A stretch of 63,566 nt of DNA, filler included, from Reclinomonas americana ATCC 50394 (lineage: Eukaryota), in NCBI GenBank assembly GCA_048213135.1. It is 26 parts of 26 records of this genome, joined end to end, with 100 filler letters (N's around TTAATTAATTAA, not from the genome) between each part and the next. Parts side by side here need not be neighbours in the genome. Positions count along the whole stretch, not along the records: positions 19,050 to 25,351 come from AFZH01022188.1; positions 25,452 to 26,495 come from AFZH01022189.1; positions 26,596 to 32,608 come from AFZH01022190.1; 23 more parts are not named here. One strand, written 5' to 3'. The notes under the pieces were generated by a model. It was not told where the DNA came from. It saw only the letters and a list, made by a program, of their open reading frames with translations, and made no database searches. The stretch's first letter is position 1. Each line of letters opens with the position of its first letter. A program made the translations under genes and the position numbers. Below, piece after piece: positions 19,744 through 30,002 of the stretch.

Positions 19744-20412
19744 TCACTTGACCGGGTAGCTGAAATAGCGCGCCGAGATCAGCCCGAAGCCGCGCATCAT
19801 CAGCCAGGAGATGACGAGGTAGAACACCGTGACGACGCCATAGACCTCGAAGCTGCGAAAGCTGGAGGTTTCGATCTGCTGAGCCACCGAGGTCAGCTCA
19901 TAGGCGGAGATCGCCGAGGCGATGCTGGTCGTCAGCGTTAGCAGCACGAACTGGCTGGTCAGCGACGGAAAGATTGCCCGCAGCGCCGGCTTCAGCACGA
20001 TCAACCGGAAGACCTGCGTCTTGTGCAGGCCGAGCGCCAGGCCGGCCTCGATCTGCCCGCGGCTGATCGACTGGACGCCGCCGCGAATGATCTCGATCGC
20101 GTAGGCGCCGCCATTGATGCCGAGCGCGATGATCGCGGTGGGCGTCGGGTCGAGCCGCAGGCCCGCCAGCGGCAGCGCAAAATAGATGAAGTAGATCTGC
20201 ACCAGGAAGGGCGTGTTGCGGATCACTTCGACGAAGGACTTGATGAACCAGCGCACCGGCGCGATGCGGGAGTCGCGCAGCATCACGCCGCCAATGCCGA
20301 TGACAATGGCGAGGGCCATGCCGCCAAGCGCCAGCGCGAACGTGCCGAGACAAGCGGCGAGCAGGCTCGGCAACCCCTCCAAGACCGGTGTGAAATCGAG
20401 CTTGTAGTTCAT
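19744..20412 (-). CDS. Amino-acid-type ABC permease
   Basis: IRNTPFLVQ, AYAIEIIRGG, GQIEAGLALGL. Confidence 0.93.
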   Translation of the reverse strand: MNYKLDFTPVLEGLPSLLAACLGTFALALGGMALAIVIGIGGVMLRDSRIAPVRWFIKSFVEVIRNTPFLVQIYFIYFALPLAGLRLDPTPTAIIALGINGGAYAIEIIRGGVQSISRGQIEAGLALGLHKTQVFRLIVLKPALRAIFPSLTSQFVLLTLTTSIASAISAYELTSVAQQIETSSFRSFEVYGVVTVFYLVISWLMMRGFGLISARYFSYPVK

Positions 20413-20572
20413 GGCGTTTCCCTGAACGGCCGACCTTCTGGATGGGTCGCTCCACGTCGCGGCAGTGCAATCTTGTCGTGGCAAGTCCGTCTTGGTTCCG
20501 GCGCCTCGTGTGGGCGCTTGGATCGCGATCCGCAGAAGAGGTTGCGCGATCGGCGATCGATGCTAAATGTAC

Positions 20573-20582
20573 GAACTAGTTC
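20573..20582. promoter_or_regulatory. Palindrome GAACTAGTTC, candidate TetR operator core
   Basis: Perfect palindrome in the AT-rich divergent region between the permease and tetR. Confidence 0.5.
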
Positions 20583-20664
20583 AATTGGTCAAGTCAAATT
20601 AACCGCATGGTCCATTTCTGCTGTCTCATGGCGGGAGGATGGCCGGGCGTCCGGAAGGTTCGAC

Positions 20665-21339
20665 ATGGAAGAGATGGCGCCGGCCGCGCCGAGACGGGCA
20701 GGCAGCGGAAAGAAGGCGGCGAGCTGGACACAGGACCCCGAGGGCGTCCGTCGCAACATACTCGCGATCGCACGCGCCGAGTTCGTCGAGAACGGGCTGA
20801 GCGGGGCGCGGGTCGACGAGATCGCAGCCAAGACCTCGACCAGCAAGCGGATGATCTACTACTATTTCGGCGACAAGGAGGGGCTCTACCGCGCCGTCCT
20901 CGAGGAAATGTACGCCCGCATCCGCAACTTCGAGCGCAGCCTCGACCTTGCGGCCTTGCCGCCGCGGGAGGCGATCGCGACGCTGGCGGGCTTCACCTTC
21001 GATTATCACGCCGACAATCCGGACTTCGTCCGTCTTGTCATGGTCGAAAACATCCATCATGCCCGGCACCTGGAGAACTCCGCCGAGATCGGTGAGCTCA
21101 ACCTCTCCGCGATCGACATGATACGCGAGGTCTACGAGCGCGGCCTGCGCGAGGGCGTCTTCCGCGCCGGGCTTGATCCCATCGACATCCACCTGACGAT
21201 CAGCGCGCTCAGCTTCTACAACGTCTCGAACCGGGCCAGCATCCTGCAGGTGTTCGGACATGACATGGGCGCGCCAGGCGCCCGCGAGCGCCGGCGCGCC
21301 AGCATAATCGATACGGTGCTGCGCATGCTCGCCCCTTGA
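20665..21339 (+). CDS. TetR/AcrR family regulator
   Basis: GLSGARVDEIAAKTSTSKRMIYYYFGDKEGLY. Confidence 0.93.
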   Translation: MEEMAPAAPRRAGSGKKAASWTQDPEGVRRNILAIARAEFVENGLSGARVDEIAAKTSTSKRMIYYYFGDKEGLYRAVLEEMYARIRNFERSLDLAALPPREAIATLAGFTFDYHADNPDFVRLVMVENIHHARHLENSAEIGELNLSAIDMIREVYERGLREGVFRAGLDPIDIHLTISALSFYNVSNRASILQVFGHDMGAPGARERRRASIIDTVLRMLAP

Positions 21340-21414
21340 CGGGCGAGGCTGCCGGCGCGCCATCAAGTCCATGTCTGCTATGGCAAGGAGGCGATCCATG
21401 ACGTGAGCGCGGCC

Positions 21415-21858
21415 TCAGCTTCGCTCGACCAACCCGGCAATGGCCTGAATGGCCAGTTCGTATCCGGCAGCGCCAAACCCGATGATGATCCCGGTCGCGG
21501 TCCGGGAGATCAGCGAGTTATGGTAGATGCTCTCGCGGGCGTGGACATTGGAGATGTGCAACTCGATCTTCGGTCCGTCGAACATCTTCAGCGCATCCAG
21601 AAGCGCGACCGAGGTGAAGGTGTAGCCTGCCGGGTTGATGATGATGCCGCAGGCCTCGTTGCGCGCCTGGTGCACACTTTCCACCAAAGCGCCCTCGAAA
21701 TTCGTCTGGCGGAACTCGACCTCGAAACCGAGCGTCCCGGACTTGTCGACGCAGCGCTGGCGGATCTCGTCGAGCGTGGTCGTGCCGTAGATGGCCGGTT
21801 CGCGCTGCCCGAGCAGGTTCAGGTTCGGGCCGTTGAGAATGTAGATGCGATTGCCCAT
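21415..21858 (-). CDS. aroQ: Type II 3-dehydroquinate dehydratase
   Basis: LNGPNLNLLGQREPAIYG, IINPAGYT, IELHISNVHARE. Confidence 0.96.
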   Translation of the reverse strand: MGNRIYILNGPNLNLLGQREPAIYGTTTLDEIRQRCVDKSGTLGFEVEFRQTNFEGALVESVHQARNEACGIIINPAGYTFTSVALLDALKMFDGPKIELHISNVHARESIYHNSLISRTATGIIIGFGAAGYELAIQAIAGLVERS

Positions 21859-22026
21859 GCCCGAATTCCTGCCGCCGCGACCCTGGCGTTGTCGCACCAG
21901 TTCGGACGAGTATCAACTGATAATAACAAAATCATCAGTCGATTGGATTTATGCCAGACATTGAGCGATCCGACTTTGCGTGGGCAGCGCGTCGTAGTAT
22001 CGGTCCGGAAAGATGCGAGCAGCGGC

Positions 22027-22716
22027 ATGCCGGATTTGATGACGGACATCGGAGGGGAGGAGGTCGCGCCGGCTTCGACAGGCGAGCAGGCCTATGAGCG
22101 TATTCGCTCTGACATCGTCTTCGGGCGACTGCGACCAGGGCAACGCCTTACGCTGGAAAAGCTGCGCCCGGCCTACGGCGTCGGCATCAGCACCCTGCGC
22201 GAAATACTCAGCCGACTTACGCCCGAAGGCCTGGTGACTGCAGAGGGGCAGCGCGGTTTCCAGGTTGCGCCCTGCTCGGCCGAGGATTTGAAGGAGATCG
22301 CGGCATTACGGCTTCTGATAGAGAAGGATGCGCTGGTGAAGTCATTTCAGGCCGGCGACATGGAGTGGGAAGGCCGCGTCGTCGCCTCCCATCATAAGCT
22401 GGCGCGACTGGAGGCGAGCCTTCTGGCCGGCGACGCCTCCCGCACACAGCAGTGGAAACGCTATGATTGGGAGTTCCATCAGGCGCTCGTCTCAGCCTGC
22501 GGGTCCAAGGCCCAACTCGACATCCACTCCGGCATCTATGACCGTTATCTGCGCTACCAGATGGTCTTTGTGATCTTCCGCGGGCTCGTTGCGGCTGACG
22601 AGCACAAGGCCCTGCTAGAATGCGCCCTGAAGCGGGACGCGCAGAAGGCCGAGGCAATCCTCGAGCGGCACGTCCAAGGCTGCCTCGATTTCGCGTTTCA
22701 GAATCGCCTTATTTGA
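22027..22716 (+). CDS. GntR (FCD subfamily) regulator
   Basis: AYERIRSDIVFGRLRPGQRL...TLREILSRL...QRGF; DWEFHQAL, DEH. Confidence 0.92.
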   Translation: MPDLMTDIGGEEVAPASTGEQAYERIRSDIVFGRLRPGQRLTLEKLRPAYGVGISTLREILSRLTPEGLVTAEGQRGFQVAPCSAEDLKEIAALRLLIEKDALVKSFQAGDMEWEGRVVASHHKLARLEASLLAGDASRTQQWKRYDWEFHQALVSACGSKAQLDIHSGIYDRYLRYQMVFVIFRGLVAADEHKALLECALKRDAQKAEAILERHVQGCLDFAFQNRLI

Positions 22717-22934
22717 TCATCTGAGGCAAGTAGCTTCCCTACTGCGGAACGTTCTCCCTGCGATCCGCGGCCGACCTGCCGATGCCATTTGCACGGCGCC
22801 ACGGATGCTGATCAAGTGCCGGGGAACAGCGATTTCGCGCCAGAAACTGACCTTGGCACCTTGCCCGAAGCGGACGTTATCAGCGTTAAGGCAGATGCCG
22901 GCTCCCGGCATGGCGACGTCATCCAATTATTGGC

Positions 22935-23870
22935 TCACCATTCGACGAGCGACATCGAGCCGAGCGTACCGGGTACACGCTCAGCGAGCAGTCGGTAATG
23001 TGCCATCTGGCCCGCCGCCCAAGTCTCGAACTCGGATAAAAACTCTGCTGAAACGGTCACTCTGCGACCACCACGGGCGACGCTGAAACAGCCGCGTCGT
23101 TCCGCATTCGCAAGGATATTGCCGACGTGCTGCCGTGAGACCCGAAAGCGTTCGGCCAATCCGCCATAGGAGAGGGGCGCAGGCGCAGCCAAGCCCGCCA
23201 CTGCGGCATAATGTGCGGCAAGAACGGCGGAGAGAACCGGATAACCGCAATCTTGCGCGGTGAACTCGACCACATTGGAGAAGGGAGCGAAGTAGAGATC
23301 CTCCTGCAAAAACATCTCGTAGGAGGCCCCGAGCCAATCCGCCAACCCGGCAGCATCCGACCGCAGCTTCGCCGCCATTGGCGAGGTAGCCGGATCGAGG
23401 CGTTCACAGGCTTCGAGAAAAGCCAGGGGTGAGCGGCCGATTTCCTGAAGCAGCGGCATCGAGGGACTCAACCGCAAAGCTCGGCCGTCTGCCGCAAGCC
23501 GGCTCGCGACGACATAACCGCTCAACTTGAGCGCGCCGACCAGTTCCGCGATCTGCCGGGCGCTGGCTGGCGCGATACGCTGGAGCGCCGCGAGTGTCGG
23601 CGCCTCGCCAATATTCCGGCGCCAGCGCGCATCGAGAGCGATCAGAGAAAAACAGACGAGATAGCGCAATCTCTGGCCGAAGAATTTGTCCGCTGGCCAC
23701 GACATGTCAGGCCGCTGGATCATCGCAGCGCAATATAAGCCCAGAGCCTCGCGAAAGCCGCTGCGGCAGATCAGGCTAGCGGCATAGGGCCAAGGACCCC
23801 TGTCGATGTAGAGCGCGATTGAGCGGTGGAGCATGCCGGCGCGGGTCGCCGGTTCCGAGACATCATGCAT
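22935..23870 (-). CDS. Hypothetical protein with probable HTH motifs
   Basis: 311-aa ORF; LSYGGLAERFRVSRQHVGNIL is HTH-like; divergent from an autotransporter. Confidence 0.6.
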   Translation of the reverse strand: MHDVSEPATRAGMLHRSIALYIDRGPWPYAASLICRSGFREALGLYCAAMIQRPDMSWPADKFFGQRLRYLVCFSLIALDARWRRNIGEAPTLAALQRIAPASARQIAELVGALKLSGYVVASRLAADGRALRLSPSMPLLQEIGRSPLAFLEACERLDPATSPMAAKLRSDAAGLADWLGASYEMFLQEDLYFAPFSNVVEFTAQDCGYPVLSAVLAAHYAAVAGLAAPAPLSYGGLAERFRVSRQHVGNILANAERRGCFSVARGGRRVTVSAEFLSEFETWAAGQMAHYRLLAERVPGTLGSMSLVEW

Positions 23871-23914
23871 AGCCGGATGCGTGCAGAGTTTGGACTTTGC
23901 GGGCTGATGTCGTC

Positions 23915-25351
23915 ATGGCCTTGTTCCATCGCATGCGGCCGTTTGATTCAAGACACCAATATCTCTTCGCTCAGGCGGTCGCCACACAGCTCGTGAGCGT
24001 CCTTGGCGCCGCGTCGAGAGAGCCCGTGATCGGATCGGTCGAACGTCGGCCTTGTGCTCGATCTCGGATCGTCCGGTTCGCGGCGCTTTTGGTCGCCTTC
24101 ACCTATGCCGGCGTGCAAGGTGTCCAGGCGCAATCGAATGGCAATATCGGCGGCTTCGACGAGGTTTCGACCAGTAATCCGTATCCTTACAGTTCGCTGA
24201 CTTTCATTGGCACCAACGGGCATATTCGTGCGCTGGCCGATCTAGATCTCGGAAGCCAGGTGCAGACCGAAGCCAACGCGGTCGCCCGGCTTTCAGCGAC
24301 AACTGGCCACACGATGAGCGTGACGCTCGACTGGCTCCGGCAGGGGACGACGCTCTATCTCGGCTCAGCAACCGACACCGGCACGATCAATGTCCTGAAA
24401 TGGACCGCCCGGTGGAACAACCCGACCGACCTGGTGATTGACGGGGGCACCGTGTTCGCCTCGCCGCTAAGCGTGTACGGGCTTCAGGATTTGATGGGCG
24501 TGATCCGATCGGTCACCATCAACAACAACGCCCGGCTTGAATTATCGAGCAAGGCGACGCGGATTCGCCGGCTCGAGGGCGGCGGCTCTATCGGCATCTT
24601 CGCGCCGCTGACCATCGATGGCGGAACATTCTCGACCAGCATAACGGGCGCGTCGCGCCTCATATTCACTGGCGACAGCACTTGGACAGGCACCGGCGGC
24701 AGCATCGGCACTCTCGAGGTTGTCCCCGGAGTGACGCTGACGACCAGCAATTCCGCGGCAGTGGAAAGCTCCACCGATCTCCAGATCGACGGTACGCACC
24801 AACTGAACGCTTCGCTGTCGGTCAATGGGCTCAGCGGCAGCGGGCTGATCGTCCTCGGTCCCGGAGTGAGTCTGAGTGCAGGCTCGCAGAATGCGAGCTC
24901 CGTTTTCAGCGGATCGATCTCCGGCACCGGCGGCATCGTCAAGGATGGCACGGGCAGGCAGACGCTGACGGGCATCAACACCTACACCGGCGGCACCACG
25001 ATCAACGCCGGAACGCTCGCGCTGGCCGACGCTGGCAGCTTCGCCGCGAGTGGCGGCCTCAATCTCGCCGGTGCTGGCGCAGGGTTCGACATCGGCGCCG
25101 CCATTGGGAGCCGAACCATTGGCGGGCTGTCGGGCGTTACCGGCAGCACCATCTGGCTCGGCGCCAATACGCTGACCTTGGGCGGTGCCGGGAACACGAG
25201 CTTCGGCGGTTCGATCAACGGCACCGGCGGCATCGTCAAGCAGGGCACGGGCACGCAGACGCTGACGGGCATCAACACCTACACTGCTGTACCATACACG
25301 TCCTCGTCGGTACCGACGAGACAGTCGCGTCCGTACGTTACGTTCGGTTCC
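23915..25351 (+). CDS. Autotransporter passenger with beta-strand (PATR) repeats, N-terminal fragment; start uncertain
   Basis: Hydrophobic leader ending VQA; repeated GGIVKxGTGxQTLTGINTYT 300 bp apart. Confidence 0.8.
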
Positions 25352-25451
25352 NNNNNNNNNNNNNNNNNNNNNNNNNNNNNNNNNNNNNNNNNNNNTTAAT
25401 TAATTAANNNNNNNNNNNNNNNNNNNNNNNNNNNNNNNNNNNNNNNNNNNN

Positions 25452-26495
25452 CGCGGGCGGTACGGTGAGCGTGTCGGGCACGGTGAGCTTCGACACGCTG
25501 CAGTTCTCGACCAACGGCTATGTGCTGAGCGGCGGCACGCTCTCGATCGTGCCCGCGAGCGGAGGGGCCGGCAGCTTCAACGTCGACAACGGCGTCGTCG
25601 CCAGCATCGGCTCGACCATCGTCGATGGCAGCGGCACCGCCATCGTCAAGGTGGGCGGCGGCACGCTCATCCTCTCGGGTAACAACAGCTACACCGGCGG
25701 GACGACGATTGCCGGCGGCACGCTGCAGGTCTCGGCCGATGCCAATCTCGGCGCGATCTCCGGCGGCCTGAGCCTCGATGGCGGTACGCTGAGGACGACG
25801 GCGAGCTTCACCTCGGCCCGCAATGTCGCGATCAATGCGGGCGGCGGCATGGTCCAGACCGATGCCGATCTGTCCTGGTCCGGCGCCATCAGCGGCAGCG
25901 GTGCCCTGACGAAGACCGGCAGCGGCACGCTCATCCTGACCGGAACGAACAGCCATGCCGGTGGCACCACGATCGCCGACGGCGTCCTGCAGATCGGCGA
26001 TGGCGGCACTTCCGGCTCGATCACCGGCCCTGTCGTCAACAACAGCACGCTCGCCTTCAACCGCTCGGACGACATCGCCTTCGCCGGCGCGATCTCGGGC
26101 ACGGGCGACGTCCAGAAGCGCGGCATGGGCTCGCTGACCCTCTCCGGTACCAACACCTATTCCGGCGGCACAGTGATCGCGCAGGGCACGCTGATCGGCT
26201 CGGCCCGCAGCTTCGGCACCGGCCAGATCACGAACAATGGCACACTCGTCATCGACCAGCCGACGGATGCCGGCTTCGCCAATGCGATCGACGGCACGGG
26301 CACGCTGACCAAGCGCGGCTCGGGCACGCTGACGCTGACCGGCACGAACAGCTACACCGGCGGGACGACGGTCTCGGGCGGCAAGCTCGTCGTCAACGGC
26401 TCGATCGCGAATTCTGTGGTGACGCTCACGGGCGGCACGCTCGGCGGTTCCGGCACGATCGGCGGCGTCGTCGCCAATACTGGCGCGACGGTCGC
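25452..26495 (+). CDS. Autotransporter passenger, internal fragment
   Basis: Four KxGxGTLxLxGxNxYxGGT-type repeats across an open frame. Confidence 0.9.
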
Positions 26496-26595
26496 NNNNN
26501 NNNNNNNNNNNNNNNNNNNNNNNNNNNNNNNNNNNNNNNTTAATTAATTAANNNNNNNNNNNNNNNNNNNNNNNNNNNNNNNNNNNNNNNNNNNN

Positions 26596-26685
26596 GATCG
26601 TGCCGGAGACGACGGTGCTGCCCACGGTACCGGCGCCGCCGAGGCGCCCGCCCGTCCAGACGTCCAGCACGCCGCCGAGCTGGCA
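26596..26685 (-). pseudogene. 5'-truncated autotransporter fragment
   Basis: LGGVLDVWTGGRLGGAGTVGSTVVSGTI resembles a passenger C-terminal end; no upstream passenger, and an IS21 end lies ~100 bp away. Confidence 0.5.
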
Positions 26686-26782
26686 TAATTCGAGCCTGGA
26701 AGGTGACCCTTTCGGCTTTTTTGCTGGCGAGCCGATCATTTGCCCGAAGGCGCACCTCCGCCGCGTCGGCTAAGGGCCATGC

Positions 26783-27195
26783 TGTCAAACGGCTCGCAAA
26801 GTTGCCCCCGATCGGCGTCCAATGTTGACCCCCTGAGTATGTCGCGCGGCGAGGAGGTGGCGCGGCAGAGCGGGTCTGGATTGCGCAGCGCTGCGGCTCC
26901 GGATCGTTGGGGCGCAGAGAGTTCAGAGCCTGTTCTTGAAGCGCCAGCTCTCGTTGCCGGTTTCGACGATGTCGCAGTGCTGGGTCGGCCGGTCGAGGAG
27001 TGCGGTGGTCATCTTGGCGTCGCCGAAGACGGACGGCCACCCGCCGAAGGCGAGGTTCGTGGTGACGATGACGGAGTCTGCTCGTAGAGCCGGCTGACCA
27101 GGTGGAAGAGCAGTTGCCCACCGGACTGGGCGAAAGGCAGCTAGCCGAGTTCGTCGAGGACGATGAAGTCCATGCGGGCGAGATGGTCGGCCATG
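26783..27195 (-). mobile_element. istB: IS21-family remnant: terminal IR (26783-26832) and decayed istB 3' half (26923-27195)
   Basis: TGTCAA...GCCCCCGATCGGCGTCCAATGTTGACCCC end; [12 protein letters not shown]...[10 protein letters not shown] / [28 protein letters not shown]...[17 protein letters not shown] with one stop and one frameshift. Confidence 0.88.
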
Positions 27196-27326
27196 CGCTC
27201 CCGGCAGCAGGCGCGTGGCGCGTGCCCCGCCTCGTGTGAGATCGAGAGAGCATTTCGGGATCGAGGTCGCCGCTTCAGCCGTCGCCGATGGCCTCCTGAA
27301 TGGGATCCTCTTTCGCCATTGCGACG

Positions 27327-27611
27327 CTAGCCGTCGTTCGAAGAGTTCAGCTCGTCGGGCGTGACCGCTTCATCGCCACCGATGGCCGCGGCCTGCCGCA
27401 GCGCGTTGTTGATACGATCCTGCCAGCCTGGCCCGCCACTCTGAAAATGGTCGAGCACACTGCGATCGATCCGGAGCGAAACGAGTTCTTTCGCTCCGGG
27501 AATGCTCGGCCGCCTGTCGGCAGGCGTGGGGGCTTTCGGCGCGGCGGGCTTGAACAGTGCCTCGGCCTTGTCCCGGGCGCTGGTGGGCCTGCGCGTTCTG
27601 TCGCTGTTCAT
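27327..27611 (-). CDS. BrnA-antitoxin-family RHH protein, no adjacent BrnT
   Basis: [32 protein letters not shown]. Confidence 0.85.
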   Translation of the reverse strand: MNSDRTRRPTSARDKAEALFKPAAPKAPTPADRRPSIPGAKELVSLRIDRSVLDHFQSGGPGWQDRINNALRQAAAIGGDEAVTPDELNSSNDG

Positions 27612-27673
27612 CGAGTCTCTTTGTCGTTGGCCGCCGCGTCGGCCGGTGACGCTCTATCGTGCAAGCGTCTCGG

Positions 27674-28132
27674 TCAGGCCTTGGCCTTCACACGCCGTGG
27701 GTTCTTGGCAATCACTGCCTTGCCTACAGCGGTTGCAGCTTTCCGACCAAGCCCCATCGACTTGGCCAAGGCCGAGCGCGCTTCGGCATAGTTGGGTGCC
27801 ACCATCGGGTAATCGGAAGGCAGGCCCCATTTTGCTCGGTACTGGTCGGGCGTCATATCGTACTTGCTGCTGAGATGGCGCTTCAGCGATTTGAACGCCT
27901 TGCCGTCCTCGAGACAGATGATCGCATCCGGAGTAACCGACTTCCTGATCGAAACGGCGGGGACAAGCGGCTGGACGGCAGGTGCGGCAACTTCCGCTCC
28001 CAAGCCAGCCAGTGCTGCATGAGTCTTCGCGATAAGCTCGGGCAGATCGGCGCGGGTGACATTGTTATGTGCCACGTAGGCCGCAACGACCATCGCTGAC
28101 AGCTCGATAAGCTGGTTGTTGTCTTCAGGCAT
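27674..28132 (-). CDS. mucR: Ros/MucR family regulator
   Basis: VVAAYV, LVPAVSIRKSVTPDAIICLEDGKAFKSLKRHL, YRAKWGLPSDYPMVAPNYAEARSALAKSMGLG. Confidence 0.95.
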   Translation of the reverse strand: MPEDNNQLIELSAMVVAAYVAHNNVTRADLPELIAKTHAALAGLGAEVAAPAVQPLVPAVSIRKSVTPDAIICLEDGKAFKSLKRHLSSKYDMTPDQYRAKWGLPSDYPMVAPNYAEARSALAKSMGLGRKAATAVGKAVIAKNPRRVKAKA

Positions 28133-28599
28133 GCGTATTGGTGATCCCAAGAGATGATCGGAATGGACGGTGACGCAGACGTTGTCCTCGCCGAGGTTGA
28201 AGGTGAGGTAGCCGCTACGCCGAGCGGCTCGCAACTATTTTCGGGGCTCTTTCCGACTATATCCTATTGAGCCAGAAGCCTGCAGCCCGTCGATTTCTTC
28301 CAATCGTTCGCGAATTAAATGGCGCTCGTCGATGCCGCAGGCGCGCCCTCGACGCTGCGCGAAGCGCTGGCGAAAAGGTGGGCAAGGCCCGCCACGTGTC
28401 GACATCAGGTCATCATCCAATGCGGCTGAAATCAGCCAGCAGCGGACGTTGGCTGAATTCCGGAAAGCGGCGTCTAGGCGTGCCAGAAGCGCCTAGGCTC
28501 ATAGGGGCGACACCGGTGACGTGAGGCCGTTTTTTGCTTGGGCGACTTTGAGGCGGAAGCGAAAGCTTTTGCATATCAGTATGCCATGGTTTTAGGTAA

Positions 28600-28615
28600 T
28601 TAACAGTCCGTTAAC
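28600..28615 (+). promoter_or_regulatory. CtrA-binding consensus TTAA-N7-TTAAC
   Basis: ttaa-cagtccg-ttaac ending 65 bp upstream of the pilin ATG, in an AT-rich promoter. Confidence 0.7.
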
Positions 28616-28680
28616 TTAGATCATGTAATCTTTCTCCTTGAGAGGATTTAATTCGCTAATCCTGCATGAGGAATTAGGCT

Positions 28681-29166
28681 ATGGCAAGAAAAGGTCTCTT
28701 GTCGGTGCTTGTAATGTGTATATCTGCTCCTTATGGAGCTGAGGCAGCGACTGCTACGGGAAACTTCCAAGTTCAGATCAATATTCAGGCGAATTGCATT
28801 GTCGTCAGTGCTTCGGATCTGAATTTCGGCAATGCCGGCGTCTTGTCTGCGAATATTGATTCGACGAGTGCGATCAGCGTGCAGTGCACGACGTCTACCC
28901 CCTATACGATCGGCTTCAACCAGGGTGTGAACGGCGGTTCGGTGACAACCCGGCAGATGGCGGGGGCGGGCGGGCTGATCAACTACTCGCTTTACCGCGA
29001 CGCCGGCCGCACGCAGAACTGGGGCTCGACGGCCGGCAGCGACACCATCGCAGGCGTCGGCAACGGGGCGGTACAGAACTATACCGTCTATGGCCGGGTG
29101 CCTGCACAGACCACGCCCGCGCCTGCGCTCTACACCGACACCATCACGGTGACGGTCACCTACTGA
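28681..29166 (+). CDS. Csu-type (spore coat U domain) major pilin
   Basis: Signal peptide; C..LNFG..C disulfide pattern, YSLYRD, VYGRVPAQ, YTDTITVTVTY. Confidence 0.92.
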   Translation: MARKGLLSVLVMCISAPYGAEAATATGNFQVQINIQANCIVVSASDLNFGNAGVLSANIDSTSAISVQCTTSTPYTIGFNQGVNGGSVTTRQMAGAGGLINYSLYRDAGRTQNWGSTAGSDTIAGVGNGAVQNYTVYGRVPAQTTPAPALYTDTITVTVTY

Positions 29167-29281
29167 CCACGGCCAGAGCCGCTGGCCTGCTGACGATCGA
29201 TTCATCAGGCAACCGAGACTGGACGACGCTGCTTGCGCGGCGCCGGTCGCCTCCGTTTTGCCGGACCAGGAGGAGGGCAGG

Positions 29282-29998
29282 ATGAGAAGCACGGCAATCG
29301 GCACGGCCCTCGTGGCCCTGGTCGCCGGAATGGCGGATGCGGCATCGCTGCAGGTGACTCCCGTGCTGTTGGATCTTCCGACCCCGGGGAACGCGGCGAT
29401 GATCACCCTGCGCAATACCGATGTCGAACCGATCACGGCGCAGGTCCGTGTTTTCCGCTGGATCCAGCGGGACGGAACAGAGCGGCTCGAGCCGACGGAC
29501 GAGGTCGTCGCCAGCCCGCCCGTCGTGCAACTGCGCTCCCGCCAGGACTACATGGTGCGCGTCGTCCGGGTAATCGGCGGCCCGGCCGGTGGCGAGGCGG
29601 CCTTTCGGCTGGTCGTGGACGAGTTGCCCAAACCGAACCGAACGCCGGGAACCGTGGCGCTGGTCATGCGCCATGTCATCCCTGTCTTTTTCACGGACCG
29701 CTCCGCGTCGCCGGCATCGGTGACGTGGTCGGTGAGCCAACACGGGAAAAGCCTGGCGATCGGTGCCGCGAACAGCGGCGATCGTCGGGTCAGGCTCGCC
29801 GCTGTGACGGTTCGCGACGGGGCCGGGAAAGTGGTCGCGGCCAACAAGGGATTGCTCGGCTATTCCCTCGGCCACTCCGCGATGCAGTGGGTTCTCCCCT
29901 CGCAGCCGGGCTCGAAATCGGGCGCTCACTTCACGATTTCCGGGTTGACGGAAGCAGGTCCATTCAATGCAACGCTGCCGATGTCAGTGGGCCGGTAA
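29282..29998 (+). CDS. Periplasmic pilus chaperone (CsuC/PapD-like)
   Basis: SLQVTPV, QVRVFRW, VVASPP, FRLVVDELP, IPVF. Confidence 0.9.
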   Translation: MRSTAIGTALVALVAGMADAASLQVTPVLLDLPTPGNAAMITLRNTDVEPITAQVRVFRWIQRDGTERLEPTDEVVASPPVVQLRSRQDYMVRVVRVIGGPAGGEAAFRLVVDELPKPNRTPGTVALVMRHVIPVFFTDRSASPASVTWSVSQHGKSLAIGAANSGDRRVRLAAVTVRDGAGKVVAANKGLLGYSLGHSAMQWVLPSQPGSKSGAHFTISGLTEAGPFNATLPMSVGR

Positions 29999-30002
29999 GG
30001 TC

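Noticed and set aside
25287..25351. Novel C-terminal tail on the autotransporter
   Set aside because: The repeat pattern breaks abruptly at the contig end; likely a chimeric or low-quality terminus.
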